From NCBI GenBank assembly GCA_947623995.1, contig CANQIN010000001.1, positions 1-57,072 on the forward strand: 57,072 nt of DNA. The letters run 5' to 3'. The DNA is from an uncultured Bacilli bacterium (GTDB taxonomy: Bacteria > Bacillota_I > Bacilli_A > RF39 > UBA660). Shown piece by piece: positions 1-9,329 of the stretch; position 1 is the first letter of the stretch, and every line of letters begins with the position of its first letter. The translations under genes were made by a program, and so were the position numbers. The notes below the pieces were generated by a model that was not told the origin of the DNA, did not search any database, and worked only from the letters and a program-made list of their open reading frames with translations.

Positions 1-49
1 TAAGGATATAAGCTGCAATACCTAAAATAATAATCATTTCCCCGCTCAT
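1..49 (-). CDS. 5' end (first 16 codons) of a membrane-protein gene that continues past the left window edge
   Basis: Reverse strand reads GGAGGGAAATT-ATG AGC GGG GAA ATG ATT ATT ATT TTA GGT... (MSGEMIIILGIAAYIL, hydrophobic). RBS complement at 55-60. Missing from the ORF track because it is truncated. Confidence 0.4.
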   Translation of the reverse strand, partial: MSGEMIIILGIAAYIL

Positions 50-132
50 AATTTCCCTCCTATCCTTAATAAACATTTTATCACATTTTGACATATTTAA
101 AAGAATAATTTGCAAATTTCATGAAAAAATAG

Positions 133-161
133 TTGCAGTCTAAAAAGAGTTTTGTTATAAT
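133..161 (+). promoter_or_regulatory. Sigma-A type promoter for tRNA-Met
   Basis: TTGCAG (133-138), 17-nt spacer ending in TGT, TATAAT (156-161), about 20 nt upstream of the tRNA 5' end. Confidence 0.5.
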
Positions 162-180
162 CAAATTGTTTTAAACAAAT

Positions 181-257
181 GGCGAGATAGCTCAGCTGGC
201 TAGAGCGATCGGTTCATACCCGATAGGTCGGGGGTTCGATCCCCTCTCTCGCTACCA
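181..257 (+). tRNA. tRNA with CAU anticodon (elongator Met, or Ile2 if lysidine-modified), CCA encoded
   Basis: 77-nt cloverleaf folded by hand: acceptor GGCGAGA/TCTCGCT, anticodon arm ATCGG-TTCATAC-CCGAT, T-loop TTCGATC, 3' ACCA. It lacks the three G-C pairs typical of an initiator anticodon stem. Confidence 0.9.
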
Positions 258-342
258 AAAAGATAGTTTACAAGTCCTTATTTATGAGAACTTGTTTTAA
301 TTATGTAGCTATCCTCAATTGCTACATAAAAAAAGAAGTAAA

Positions 343-1746
343 TTATTGTTTTACTTCAAAAAAACCTTCCCATGGGTCTTTTTTATTGATTCGTTTTATA
401 GCATCTTTCATTGTTATTTCATTTGGTTTTATCTTATCTAATTCATTCCATTTAATTGGCATTGAAACAGGAGCATTGTCTCTTAATCTAATTGAATAAG
501 GACAGACACTAGTAGAACCATAATTATTTCTAACCCAATCAATATAAATTTTATTTTTTCTTTTTTTCTTACTCATATTACTAACATATTTATCAGGCCA
601 CTTCATTTCCATTAATTTAGCAATATTCTTAGCTGTTAATCTAAAATCATCCCAATTTTTAATAGAATGAATCGGTACCACTACATGATAACCTTTTCCC
701 CCACTTGTTTTCAAAAAAGATTTTAAGGATAAACTATCTAAAATACTTTTTAAATCTTTAACCCCTTCTCTTAACTTTTTTAAACTAACATTTTCATCAG
801 GATCTAAATCAAAAACCATCATATCTGGTTTATTACTAGGCAAATGTCCACCCCAAATATGAAATTCATAACTATTCATCTCCACTTCACTAATCAAACC
901 ACTTATTGTTTCAATATAATAGTAATCTTCTTTATGATTAAGGGAAGGAATAATAACCTTTTTAATACCATCTCTTTTCTTTTCTAAATGTTTTTTAAAA
1001 AATTTATCACCATTCATCCCATTAGGACATCTAATCGTACTAATTAATCTTTTATCTAAATATGTTAACATTCTTTTAGCAACTTTTTGATAATATTTAA
1101 CAATATCTAGTTTAGTAATCTTAGGTTTATTATAAATTACTTTATTAGGATTAGTTATTTCAATTGTTTCAATATAAGTTTTATCATTATCTTTAACAAA
1201 AGTTTTATTTTTTAAAATTTCTTTCATGGTTCTACCAGTTTTAACACTAGTTTTATATTTAGATATATCCATATAATTAGCGTATAGATCTTTTTCTTTT
1301 ATAAGTAACCAATTATTTTCTTTTAAACGAATTAAAGACCATGAACCTTTTAATCTTTGTCCATCTAATTTAAATTTAATTATTCCTTTTTTAAATGAAG
1401 TATTAGGATTACCATAACATTCCCAATAACCTTCATCAAAAATCATTACAGTTCCTCCACCATATTCCCCTTTAGGAATAATTCCTTCAAAATTACGATA
1501 AGAATAAGGATGGTCTTCTACCATAACGGCTAAACGTTTTTCTCCTACTTTATAACTTGGGCCTTTTGGAACAGCAAAACTTTTTAAAGTACCATTAAGT
1601 TCTAATCTTAAATCATAATGGTCATGACTAGCTAAATGATGCTGAACTACAAATCTTTTTCTTTGATGTTTAACTTTACTTTTTCCTACTGGTTCACTAG
1701 TTTTATTAAAATTTCTTTTATTATTATATTTTTTTAAATTACTCAT
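343..1746 (-). CDS. LigD-like NHEJ protein: 3'-phosphoesterase (PE) domain fused to primase-polymerase (Pol) domain, with no ligase domain
   Basis: N-terminus has FVVQHHLASHDHYDLRLE...LKSFAVPKGPS...EDHPYSYRNFEGIIPKGEYGGGTV (LigD PE signature). C-terminus has FDLDPDE...KTSGGKGYHVVVPI...IDWVRNNYGSTSVCPYSIR (LigD Pol signature). Confidence 0.85.
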   Translation of the reverse strand: MSNLKKYNNKRNFNKTSEPVGKSKVKHQRKRFVVQHHLASHDHYDLRLELNGTLKSFAVPKGPSYKVGEKRLAVMVEDHPYSYRNFEGIIPKGEYGGGTVMIFDEGYWECYGNPNTSFKKGIIKFKLDGQRLKGSWSLIRLKENNWLLIKEKDLYANYMDISKYKTSVKTGRTMKEILKNKTFVKDNDKTYIETIEITNPNKVIYNKPKITKLDIVKYYQKVAKRMLTYLDKRLISTIRCPNGMNGDKFFKKHLEKKRDGIKKVIIPSLNHKEDYYYIETISGLISEVEMNSYEFHIWGGHLPSNKPDMMVFDLDPDENVSLKKLREGVKDLKSILDSLSLKSFLKTSGGKGYHVVVPIHSIKNWDDFRLTAKNIAKLMEMKWPDKYVSNMSKKKRKNKIYIDWVRNNYGSTSVCPYSIRLRDNAPVSMPIKWNELDKIKPNEITMKDAIKRINKKDPWEGFFEVKQ

Positions 1747-1815
1747 AACAAATACCTCATAATTATTTTGGTATTTAAATTAAAATATATGTAAAAAAAG
1801 ATAACTATCAATTAA

Positions 1816-2034
1816 CTAGTTATCTAAAATACTTGTACATGAAAATTCAACATCACTAACAAATTTTTTTAAATCATCAGTTGAAATATTTTCTTCGCAT
1901 TCAATATAAGCTTCATTCTTTTCTAAACTAACAGTTGCTTTAATAATTCCATCTTGATTATTTAAATAATTTTCTAAACGATTTTTACATCCTTCACATT
2001 TCATTCCTTCAATTTTTAAAACATAATTTTTCAT
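1816..2034 (-). CDS. Heavy-metal-associated (HMA, CopZ-like) domain protein
   Basis: MKCEGCKNRLE metal-binding CxxC motif in a ~70-aa ferredoxin-like protein. Start moved to the internal ATG at 2034, which is preceded by AAAGGA and removes the overlap with the upstream ORF. Confidence 0.7.
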   Translation of the reverse strand: MKNYVLKIEGMKCEGCKNRLENYLNNQDGIIKATVSLEKNEAYIECEENISTDDLKKFVSDVEFSCTSILDN

Positions 2035-2050
2035 TTTTAATTTTCCTTTC

Positions 2051-2395
2051 TTATCTATTTTCAAGAACTCTTTTAATTCCATCTAGATTATTTTGATTAT
2101 AATTTTGTTCGACATCATACAATATTAAAATATCATCATTAGTTTTTAATTCAAAAAATTTTTTTAATTCATCATTTAAAGTTATATTTATATTTAAAAT
2201 TTGTTGTTTAATAAACCATATTTGCATTTCATCATAATTCATAGCATTTTTTAAAAAAGTAATTAGTTCATTATAATTCATTGATTTTTGTCTTTTTTCT
2301 TCGATAAGATTTTTTAAAGAACATAACTTACATATAATATCATCTTGTAAATTATATTTGCATTTTAACTCTTCAATATCTAAATTATTTTCCAT
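2051..2395 (-). CDS. Hypothetical protein
   Basis: Complete 114-aa ORF co-oriented and tightly packed with its neighbours. No recognisable motif. Confidence 0.45.
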   Translation of the reverse strand: MENNLDIEELKCKYNLQDDIICKLCSLKNLIEEKRQKSMNYNELITFLKNAMNYDEMQIWFIKQQILNINITLNDELKKFFELKTNDDILILYDVEQNYNQNNLDGIKRVLENR

Positions 2396-2428
2396 CTTTT
2401 TGAACTCCTTTCAACTAACCATATCTTA

Positions 2429-3433
2429 TCATTCATTTAAAACTTTTTCTACTTCAATAATTAATTCTTCTTTTTTTGGAATATAATATGTGTAAGTTGA
2501 CGCAAAAACATTATTAGAAAGTCCACCTAAAGCATAATCAATAGCAATATTTTTTTTACTTTTACACAAAATAATGCCAATTGGTTTATTATCATCTTTA
2601 TCATTAATTTCTTCATTATAATAATTTAAATACATATTCATTTGACCTGCATATTCAGCCTTCATTTGACCAATTTTTAAATCAATTAAAACATAACATT
2701 TTAAAATTTTATTGTAGAAAACCATATCCACATAGTAATGAATATTTCCCAAAGTTATTCTTTGTTGTGTTCCAACAAACATAAAACCTTTTCCTAGCTC
2801 AAGTAAAAATTCTTCAATATGCTTTACTAATTTTTGTTCTAAATTTTTTTCTAAAATAGGTTTATTTTCTTTAACTCCTAAAAATTCAAATACATATGGT
2901 TCTTTTAAAACATCTAAAGGAGTATTTAAAGTTTGCCCAACTTTTGATAATTCATAAACTTTTTCTTTATTCTTTTTACCATCAGAAAGTAATAATCGTT
3001 CAAATAAAGATGTTTCTAATTGTCTTTTTAATTCTCTTACACTCCAATTAGAATTAATACATTCCTTTTCATAAAAGTTACGTTCATCAATATTTTCAAT
3101 ACTTAATAGTTCACAATAATGTGACCAACTCAATTTAACAGACAGTGTCTGTTGTTTTGGATATTCTAAATAAAATCTTCTCATATACTGTAAATTAGAA
3201 ACCGAAAATCCTGGTCCCAAAGTTTTTCTTAATTCTTTAGATAATTCTTTTAAAATTTGTTTACCATATTCAGCTTTAATATTACCATTTTGTTCATTTT
3301 CAACAATAATTTTTCCAACACTCCAATAAGCATATAACATAACATTATTAACTTCATATGATACTTTTTTTCTACTACTTAAAATAATTTTTTTAATTTC
3401 TTCTACCATTTCATAGTTATTATTATCTAGCAT
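2429..3433 (-). CDS. YhcG/DUF1016-family PD-(D/E)xK nuclease-like protein
   Basis: N-terminus is typical of DUF1016 (YWSVGKIIVENEQNG...AEYGKQILKELSKEL). C-terminal D...(D/E)xK-like core is YVDMVFYN...LIDLKIG. Start set at the ATG at 3433, preceded by AAAGGGGGA. Confidence 0.75.
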   Translation of the reverse strand: MLDNNNYEMVEEIKKIILSSRKKVSYEVNNVMLYAYWSVGKIIVENEQNGNIKAEYGKQILKELSKELRKTLGPGFSVSNLQYMRRFYLEYPKQQTLSVKLSWSHYCELLSIENIDERNFYEKECINSNWSVRELKRQLETSLFERLLLSDGKKNKEKVYELSKVGQTLNTPLDVLKEPYVFEFLGVKENKPILEKNLEQKLVKHIEEFLLELGKGFMFVGTQQRITLGNIHYYVDMVFYNKILKCYVLIDLKIGQMKAEYAGQMNMYLNYYNEEINDKDDNKPIGIILCKSKKNIAIDYALGGLSNNVFASTYTYYIPKKEELIIEVEKVLNE

Positions 3434-3588
3434 TTTAAATCCCCCTTTAAAATTATAATTTTCCATTAATATTATATCACAATATGCAACTTTCTTTGAT
3501 AAAAAATTACATTAATAAACGCAAAAAAGTTCATAATGTAAATATTACGAACTTTTATCTTATCGTACAATGTACGTTAAAAACATTC

Positions 3589-3665
3589 TGGGGCGAAATG
3601 TGGGATTCGAACCCACGCATGCCAGAGCCACAATCTGGTGTGTTAACCCCTTCACCAATTCCGCC
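3589..3665 (-). tRNA. tRNA-His (GUG), with encoded G-1 and CCA
   Basis: The reverse complement folds as a 77-nt cloverleaf: G-1 + GCGGAAT acceptor, anticodon loop TT-GTG-GC, T-loop TTCGAAT, G-1:C73 pair. Confidence 0.9.
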
Positions 3666-3678
3666 ATAAAACACATAT

Positions 3679-3707
3679 ATTGTAACAAATGATTGCTTGA
3701 ATTTCAA
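3679..3707 (-). promoter_or_regulatory. Promoter for tRNA-His
   Basis: Minus strand reads TTGAAA, 17 nt (ending TGT), TACAAT, about 13 nt before the tRNA 5' end. Confidence 0.45.
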
Positions 3708-3741
3708 GTCTATTGTATAATGTTTTGAGGAAGTGATAAAA

Positions 3742-3933
3742 ATGCTATTATCAATTACGAATGATTTTATGTCTATTATAAGTAGTGTCAAACATTTTTT
3801 TATTAATATTTGGCAAAGTATTCAAGGTTTTTTTCTAAGATATGTATCAGAACAAACTTTTAATATTATTTTATTAGCCTTAATAGTTATTATCGTAATG
3901 TTTGTCTTATTAGCTATAATGAATAGGAATTAA
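3742..3933 (+). CDS. Small membrane protein (hypothetical)
   Basis: The ORF has a C-terminal hydrophobic helix (FNIILLALIVIIVMFVLLAIM). GAGGAAG RBS lies 9 nt before the ATG at 3742. The ORF-track start at 3733 is a GTG inside the RBS region. Confidence 0.45.
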   Translation: MLLSITNDFMSIISSVKHFFINIWQSIQGFFLRYVSEQTFNIILLALIVIIVMFVLLAIMNRN

Positions 3934-3935
3934 AT

Positions 3936-4169
3936 ATGGAACAAGAATTTAATAATATTATTAACGAAAACAAAATAAATAAGATAAATGAGCATATTTA
4001 TCTTACTAATAAACAAATTGAAGTTTTAAATAATCATCAAATTAATTATCAAGATTGTCATGATTTAAAAGAATTATTATTTTTAATAGATGATATCGAT
4101 GATGAAGAAATTGATGAAATAGCTATTGATATAAGTGAATTAAATTATTATCAATACACTAATAAATAA
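3936..4169 (+). CDS. Hypothetical acidic protein
   Basis: 77-aa ORF starting 2 nt after the preceding stop (coupled). No recognisable motif. Confidence 0.4.
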   Translation: MEQEFNNIINENKINKINEHIYLTNKQIEVLNNHQINYQDCHDLKELLFLIDDIDDEEIDEIAIDISELNYYQYTNK

Positions 4170-5591
4170 CTAATTATTAATGCTATGTTCAACTCTTGGA
4201 CTATCCATTGTAAGTGGCAAGAAATTATAACCATTTTCTAATCCATATTTAATAATTTCTTCAACAGCATTAATACTAAAATCTTTAGTATCATGTTGTA
4301 ATACCACTGATGAAGTACTTTTTAAACTACTTGTTACGTTTTTAATGATTTTCTTAGTATCTGTTGTTTCACCAGCATCACCGCTTAAAACATTCCAATC
4401 AAAATAACGATATCCTTTAGCAGTTAACATTTTAGCTAAATTACTCATGATATGAGATCCACCATCATAATTTTTACTAATGGTATTTGAACTACCTCCT
4501 GGAAATCTTACAATCATTGACTTATAACCAGTTAAATTATATATTTTATTTTGCATATTAGTTAAATCTTCAAAATAATTATCAACACTAGTATAAATAT
4601 AACTATAAGAATGGGTATAACTATGAATACCTATTGTATGTCCCTCATCATATGCTCTTTTAATCATGTCATCATACCCTTTAGTAGTATTTTGACTTGT
4701 TACAAAAAATGTTGCTTTAACATTATATTTTTTTAAAACATCTAATAGTTTAGAAGTATAAGCACTTGGTCCATCATCAAAAGTTAAATAAACATTTTTA
4801 GAACCATTTTCATTTACCTCAGCTTTTTTATAAACATAAACCATTCTTTTAACATTATTTTCTAATCCAGATGAATCTTTAATCTTATAATTTATTTCAT
4901 ATTCACCAGGTTCTTTATTATTTAATGAACTTTCAATTTCAATTTTATCAGTTATATCTCCATCACAATTATCAGAAGCACTAGCCCCTTGTTCAGTGTA
5001 TTCCCCATCAACTGGTAAATATATTTTATCATCACCATTTAAAGTAATTGTAGGTGATTCATCATCAATTTTTTTAGCATCTTTAAATATTTTGGTTTCA
5101 TTCCCAGAAGAATCACTTACCGAAAATAATAACTTTTCACCGTCAGCTTCTACTTTAACATTTCCTGATATATCTCCATCATAATCATCAATAGCACTTA
5201 CTTCATAACTTGGAATATTACCATTAGGACAATATTTAAAATTATCTACCTTAACATCTAAAGTAGGAGCTTTATTATCAATTACTTTAACTACTTGATT
5301 TTTTTCTTCAATATTGCCATTATAATTAAAAACATATTTAATATTATATTCTCCTATTTTAGAAGTATCAACATCTCCTTCTTCACTAACTTCTACTTTC
5401 TCACAAGAAAAGAAATTACCATAACATACTCCATCATATTTATTAAAAGTTTCATTTAAAGGTATTTCGATTTCACTTTGAAAATCTTTTTCCATAAATC
5501 TTGGATATACAAGAAAAATAGTTATACTACTAAGTATCACTATTCCAATTATAATAATCGCAATTTTCCACTTCATAACTATTTCTCTCAT
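4170..5591 (-). CDS. Membrane-anchored polysaccharide deacetylase (NodB/CE4 family) with Ig-like repeats
   Basis: N-terminal TM helix. Two repeats of the ...DD(Y/N)DGDI(S/T)... type (bacterial Ig-like/DUF5011-like). C-terminal NodB motifs VYLTFDDGPS and HSYTH. Confidence 0.85.
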   Translation of the reverse strand: MREIVMKWKIAIIIIGIVILSSITIFLVYPRFMEKDFQSEIEIPLNETFNKYDGVCYGNFFSCEKVEVSEEGDVDTSKIGEYNIKYVFNYNGNIEEKNQVVKVIDNKAPTLDVKVDNFKYCPNGNIPSYEVSAIDDYDGDISGNVKVEADGEKLLFSVSDSSGNETKIFKDAKKIDDESPTITLNGDDKIYLPVDGEYTEQGASASDNCDGDITDKIEIESSLNNKEPGEYEINYKIKDSSGLENNVKRMVYVYKKAEVNENGSKNVYLTFDDGPSAYTSKLLDVLKKYNVKATFFVTSQNTTKGYDDMIKRAYDEGHTIGIHSYTHSYSYIYTSVDNYFEDLTNMQNKIYNLTGYKSMIVRFPGGSSNTISKNYDGGSHIMSNLAKMLTAKGYRYFDWNVLSGDAGETTDTKKIIKNVTSSLKSTSSVVLQHDTKDFSINAVEEIIKYGLENGYNFLPLTMDSPRVEHSINN

Positions 5592-5611
5592 ATAACCTCA
5601 CACTTTTTTAT

Positions 5612-6673
5612 TTAAAAGTTTTTTACAATATAATGTGGTTCATTCATTTCACTAGTCGAAACAAAACCAGCTCTTGCTTTAATAACATCAGGAATTCGAT
5701 TAACAATATCAGCACAGGTAAGTAAAACGGTATCAGGTTTATCATTAACCATTTTAGTAGTCGGTTCACCAAAAATTGTCCATTCATTTATATCATATTC
5801 ATCTTTAGTATAAACTTTGCCTATACACTCTACTTCAAAAACAATACCTTCTTCACAAAGTGCCGTTACTACAGCATTCATACCTCTTACCATGCCTTTA
5901 TCTAAAGTAAGATTTAAAGTCGTTGAATGAAGTTCTTCATCCATTAATATTGGTAAACATTCTTGTTTAATATTAGTAATATGTAAACCTAATTTATCAT
6001 TTAACCAACCAACAACATTCCACATATAACTTGGAAAGAATTCATTATTAGCCATTCTTCTTTCTCTTTCTTCATCACTCATATTATTATCTTTACCAAT
6101 TGTTTTAGCAAATTCTTCTTCACTTAAACCAGCTCCATGAGCTTTAGCTAAAGCTATTCCATAATCTTCAACATTATATGAAGATAAACCTTTAATTTTA
6201 GTAATTTTATTTGTTGATGCACAAAGGTTAGTAACTAAACTTCCCCAAAAAACATCTTGATAACCACAACCAGTAATTGTACAATTATTAGCTTTTGCTA
6301 AAGTATCTAATTCTTTAAAAACATTAGGATTGGAATTAGAACCATAAAAAGCTTCTTCACAAGTTGTTATAACATTTACACCATGCTTTAAACAAATACG
6401 ACATACTTCTTCAATGTCATTTAAAGTACTCATTGTAGTTACAACAGCAATATCAGGATTAACATCATTTATTAAATCACTTAAATTAGTAACATCACTA
6501 ATTTTAACATCTTTAACATCACTTTCCATAACTTCACTAATATCTTTACCTATTAAATCAGGATTAATATCTACTGCTCCAACAACAATTCCACCTTTAT
6601 CATAGACAAAGCGCATGATATATTTACTCATCTTTCCACAGCCAACTTGTAAAACTTTTACCTTTTCATTCAT
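5612..6673 (-). CDS. NAD(P)-binding oxidoreductase, DapB-N / amine-dehydrogenase (Ord-like) family
   Basis: N-terminal Rossmann motif VLQVGCGKMSKY in a ~350-aa protein. The overall layout resembles 2,4-diaminopentanoate dehydrogenase-type enzymes. Assignment is by eye only. Confidence 0.55.
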   Translation of the reverse strand: MNEKVKVLQVGCGKMSKYIMRFVYDKGGIVVGAVDINPDLIGKDISEVMESDVKDVKISDVTNLSDLINDVNPDIAVVTTMSTLNDIEEVCRICLKHGVNVITTCEEAFYGSNSNPNVFKELDTLAKANNCTITGCGYQDVFWGSLVTNLCASTNKITKIKGLSSYNVEDYGIALAKAHGAGLSEEEFAKTIGKDNNMSDEERERRMANNEFFPSYMWNVVGWLNDKLGLHITNIKQECLPILMDEELHSTTLNLTLDKGMVRGMNAVVTALCEEGIVFEVECIGKVYTKDEYDINEWTIFGEPTTKMVNDKPDTVLLTCADIVNRIPDVIKARAGFVSTSEMNEPHYIVKNF

Positions 6674-6678
6674 TTATT

Positions 6679-7611
6679 TTACCCTCTTTCTTCTAAATTA
6701 ACATTCTCTTCTTTTATTATATCACTAAATTCAATTTTAAATCTTTCAATTTCTTTTTTCTTAACATCTTCATAAATATTTTTAGCATTACATATAGCTT
6801 GATAAAAATGTTTTATTTTAACAGTAGATTCATTATCATAAAGCGCATAACTAAAAGCATTAGATACAATTGCAAGACAAATATCAGGATAACGACTAGC
6901 AACTTCATATACTCTTTTATATTCATCAGTCATTTCTACAATAAAACTCATAATTTTTTCTTTAACAAAATCAGTATATTCTAATTTCACCCCAATTTGT
7001 TTTTCTAATTTAGGAATGGTACCCATTAATATTCTAACTGTTGCCGGTTTATCAGTTTCCATAACATCAACTTTTTGAAAACGTCTTAAAAAAGCCCGGT
7101 CTCTTAAAATATAAGCTTCATACTCTTCAGTTGTGGTTGCCCCAATCATTTTAATACTACCACGGTCTAAACCAGCCTTTAACATATTAGCAAAATCAAT
7201 ACCTGAATTTTCATTAGTATTTTTATTAACTAAAACATGCGTTTCATCAATAAATAAAATTGTCTTTTGCTTTTCATCTAATTCTTTAACAAGCATGGCA
7301 ATCCTGCTTTCACTTTGACCTTCTGTATTAACATATCCAAGTAAAGAAGTAATATGGATTTTAATAATTTCCCAACCCTTTAAGGCATCAGGTACTAAAT
7401 TTTTTTGTATACGATAAGCAAGACCTTCCACAATAGCTGTTTTACCTATACCAGGCTTACCAACTAATAAAGCACTTTTCTCAGGCGTAAGTAAAGTTAA
7501 AATACATTGCTTTATTTCATCTTCTCTCGCAATAGCAGGGTCGGTAATATATTCGTTTTTAGTTAAGTTTTCTCCGTAGCGTTCTAACATGCTAACACTT
7601 TCATAATTCAT
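6679..7611 (-). CDS. Stand-alone AAA+ ATPase resembling the first nucleotide-binding domain of ClpA/B/C
   Basis: LERYGENLT...[20 protein letters not shown]...[20 protein letters not shown] matches the Clp NBD1 N-terminal signature. Walker B is ILFIDETH. At only 310 aa it has no second AAA module. Confidence 0.75.
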   Translation of the reverse strand: MNYESVSMLERYGENLTKNEYITDPAIAREDEIKQCILTLLTPEKSALLVGKPGIGKTAIVEGLAYRIQKNLVPDALKGWEIIKIHITSLLGYVNTEGQSESRIAMLVKELDEKQKTILFIDETHVLVNKNTNENSGIDFANMLKAGLDRGSIKMIGATTTEEYEAYILRDRAFLRRFQKVDVMETDKPATVRILMGTIPKLEKQIGVKLEYTDFVKEKIMSFIVEMTDEYKRVYEVASRYPDICLAIVSNAFSYALYDNESTVKIKHFYQAICNAKNIYEDVKKKEIERFKIEFSDIIKEENVNLEERG

Positions 7612-7672
7612 ATCATCATCTCTATTAGTAGTTTACCATAAAAAAAAGAAAAATTACAATAATTTTTCTAAT

Positions 7673-9244
7673 TTACTCATTACTTAATTGGAAAGGATTA
7701 TCTATAGTTCCATATTCTTGTTCAAGATGAGGATTTGAAGTTATTTTAACTGATGATTTTAGATATAGAGTTGGCCAAATTTTATATGAAGTTATTGATG
7801 ACGCAGGTCTTAATCCATATGAGGTAAAATATAAAGCTTCACTACTATCTTCCATGCTAAGAGCTAAAATCCATATTTCTTCACTGAAATTAAGCCAGTT
7901 ATTTATATAGCAATAATCTTGAAAATAATCATCAAAACTTTTTTCAAAACAAACATTTCTTTCTAAAACATTTGTAGCATACCCTAAATCACTTGGATAT
8001 ATTAAACCTATTCCATTAAATTTACCCCCAACATCAGTTGTATCGCTCCATTCTGATGGATACTTATAAACATTTTCTGCACTTGTTCCCCGTTCACTTT
8101 CATAAACAATATTAACATTTTTATGGTAAAAATCATTAATTCCTCCAACATTCCAAACTACTTTTTTATCTATCATATTTTGAGCAGTTGCATCTAATCC
8201 TTTTGGCAAATTTTCTTCTGAATTAAAATCACACGTTGACTGACTAGGTTCATCATGAATCTCTCCAGTATAGCATTCTCCTGTTCCGCTTTCATAATAT
8301 ATTCCATTTAACATATTTTTCAAAGAAGATCCCGCCCAATTTGCTCCATTATTAACATTCCACGCATAATTGCCAAAATCTTTTTGTTCTCCTATTCCAT
8401 CTGTTCTAACTATTTTTATTCTTTGCTCTACGTTATCACCATTTTTAACATTTACTAAACCTATTACTCGCCAAATTTCATTATTAAATGACACATAATT
8501 GTTTGGATTAGACCCTGCATAACGGTATTCCGTTTTATTCCAATCTTCACTTATTTCACTTACATCATGACTTACAGCATATAAGCCATCGCCACTTTCT
8601 ACAACTGGTACTTTTAATCCATTCAAATTAGCAATTGGTTCTTCTTTATAACTTGCGCTTAATGTTATTTTGCCTTTCCATGTTGCATTCATATTTGCAG
8701 TTACCATTGGTGTATCTGGATCCATATAAAGTAATAGATTAAAACTTTTTGTTTCTCCTTTTTGTAAAACAAAATTGTATAACTGGTATGCATGTAGTGA
8801 ATTACTTATTACTTTATTTTCATCATTATACATACTTGCACTTAATTTCTTTATACTATTTAAATTATTATGATAATCTGTTTCATAAAGTATTGCATCT
8901 ATATATTCATCATTTAATTGTTTTTCTACTCCAGCATCTAAACTTTCTAAGTTAATTGTAGCATTTGCCAAATCATCACAAGTATTTTCTATTGTAAAAT
9001 GATATGGCGTTGCTTTACTTAAAAATTTCTCTAATTGTTCATTATTCATTGGATATGCTTTATCTAAATTAATATCATTTTCTCCGGTAAAATTAATATT
9101 TAAACAAGCTGAATTAACTACATTTTCTCCTGTTTGCTGTTTTGTTAGAATCCAATATGCATAAGTAAGTCCTAAGGTTATTAATGCTAATGTTAATACG
9201 CCAACAAAAGTAAATATTAATATCTTATCTTTTTTATCTTCCAT
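7673..9244 (-). CDS. Large exported protein of unknown function
   Basis: N-terminal hydrophobic segment ILIFTFVGVLTLALITLGLTYAYW. The remainder is Asn/Trp/Tyr-rich and extracellular-looking. Confidence 0.6.
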   Translation of the reverse strand: MEDKKDKILIFTFVGVLTLALITLGLTYAYWILTKQQTGENVVNSACLNINFTGENDINLDKAYPMNNEQLEKFLSKATPYHFTIENTCDDLANATINLESLDAGVEKQLNDEYIDAILYETDYHNNLNSIKKLSASMYNDENKVISNSLHAYQLYNFVLQKGETKSFNLLLYMDPDTPMVTANMNATWKGKITLSASYKEEPIANLNGLKVPVVESGDGLYAVSHDVSEISEDWNKTEYRYAGSNPNNYVSFNNEIWRVIGLVNVKNGDNVEQRIKIVRTDGIGEQKDFGNYAWNVNNGANWAGSSLKNMLNGIYYESGTGECYTGEIHDEPSQSTCDFNSEENLPKGLDATAQNMIDKKVVWNVGGINDFYHKNVNIVYESERGTSAENVYKYPSEWSDTTDVGGKFNGIGLIYPSDLGYATNVLERNVCFEKSFDDYFQDYCYINNWLNFSEEIWILALSMEDSSEALYFTSYGLRPASSITSYKIWPTLYLKSSVKITSNPHLEQEYGTIDNPFQLSNE

Positions 9245-9329
9245 AGTTACCCTACCTTCTATTATTATCTTAACATTTTTTATTTTAATTTTACAAAAAA
9301 AAGAAATAGCTTTACACTACTCTTTACAA

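Noticed and set aside
284-499. 71-aa plus-strand ORF right after tRNA-Met.
   Set aside because: It lies antisense to the 3' end of the well-supported LigD-like gene. The low-complexity AT-driven translation has no RBS, so it is a shadow ORF.
3484-3791. Two ORFs (3484-3669 plus strand, 3555-3791 minus strand) overlapping the tRNA-His locus.
   Set aside because: Both run straight through the tRNA-His gene and its promoter. Their only GC-rich, protein-like stretch is the tRNA itself.
4996-9000. Antisense ORFs 4996-5184, 6414-6605, 6799-6984, 7133-7318 and 8749-8955.
   Set aside because: Each is fully embedded antisense in a longer gene with clear family motifs. The translations are Leu/Ile/Ser/Phe-rich, as is typical of the reverse frame of AT-rich genes.
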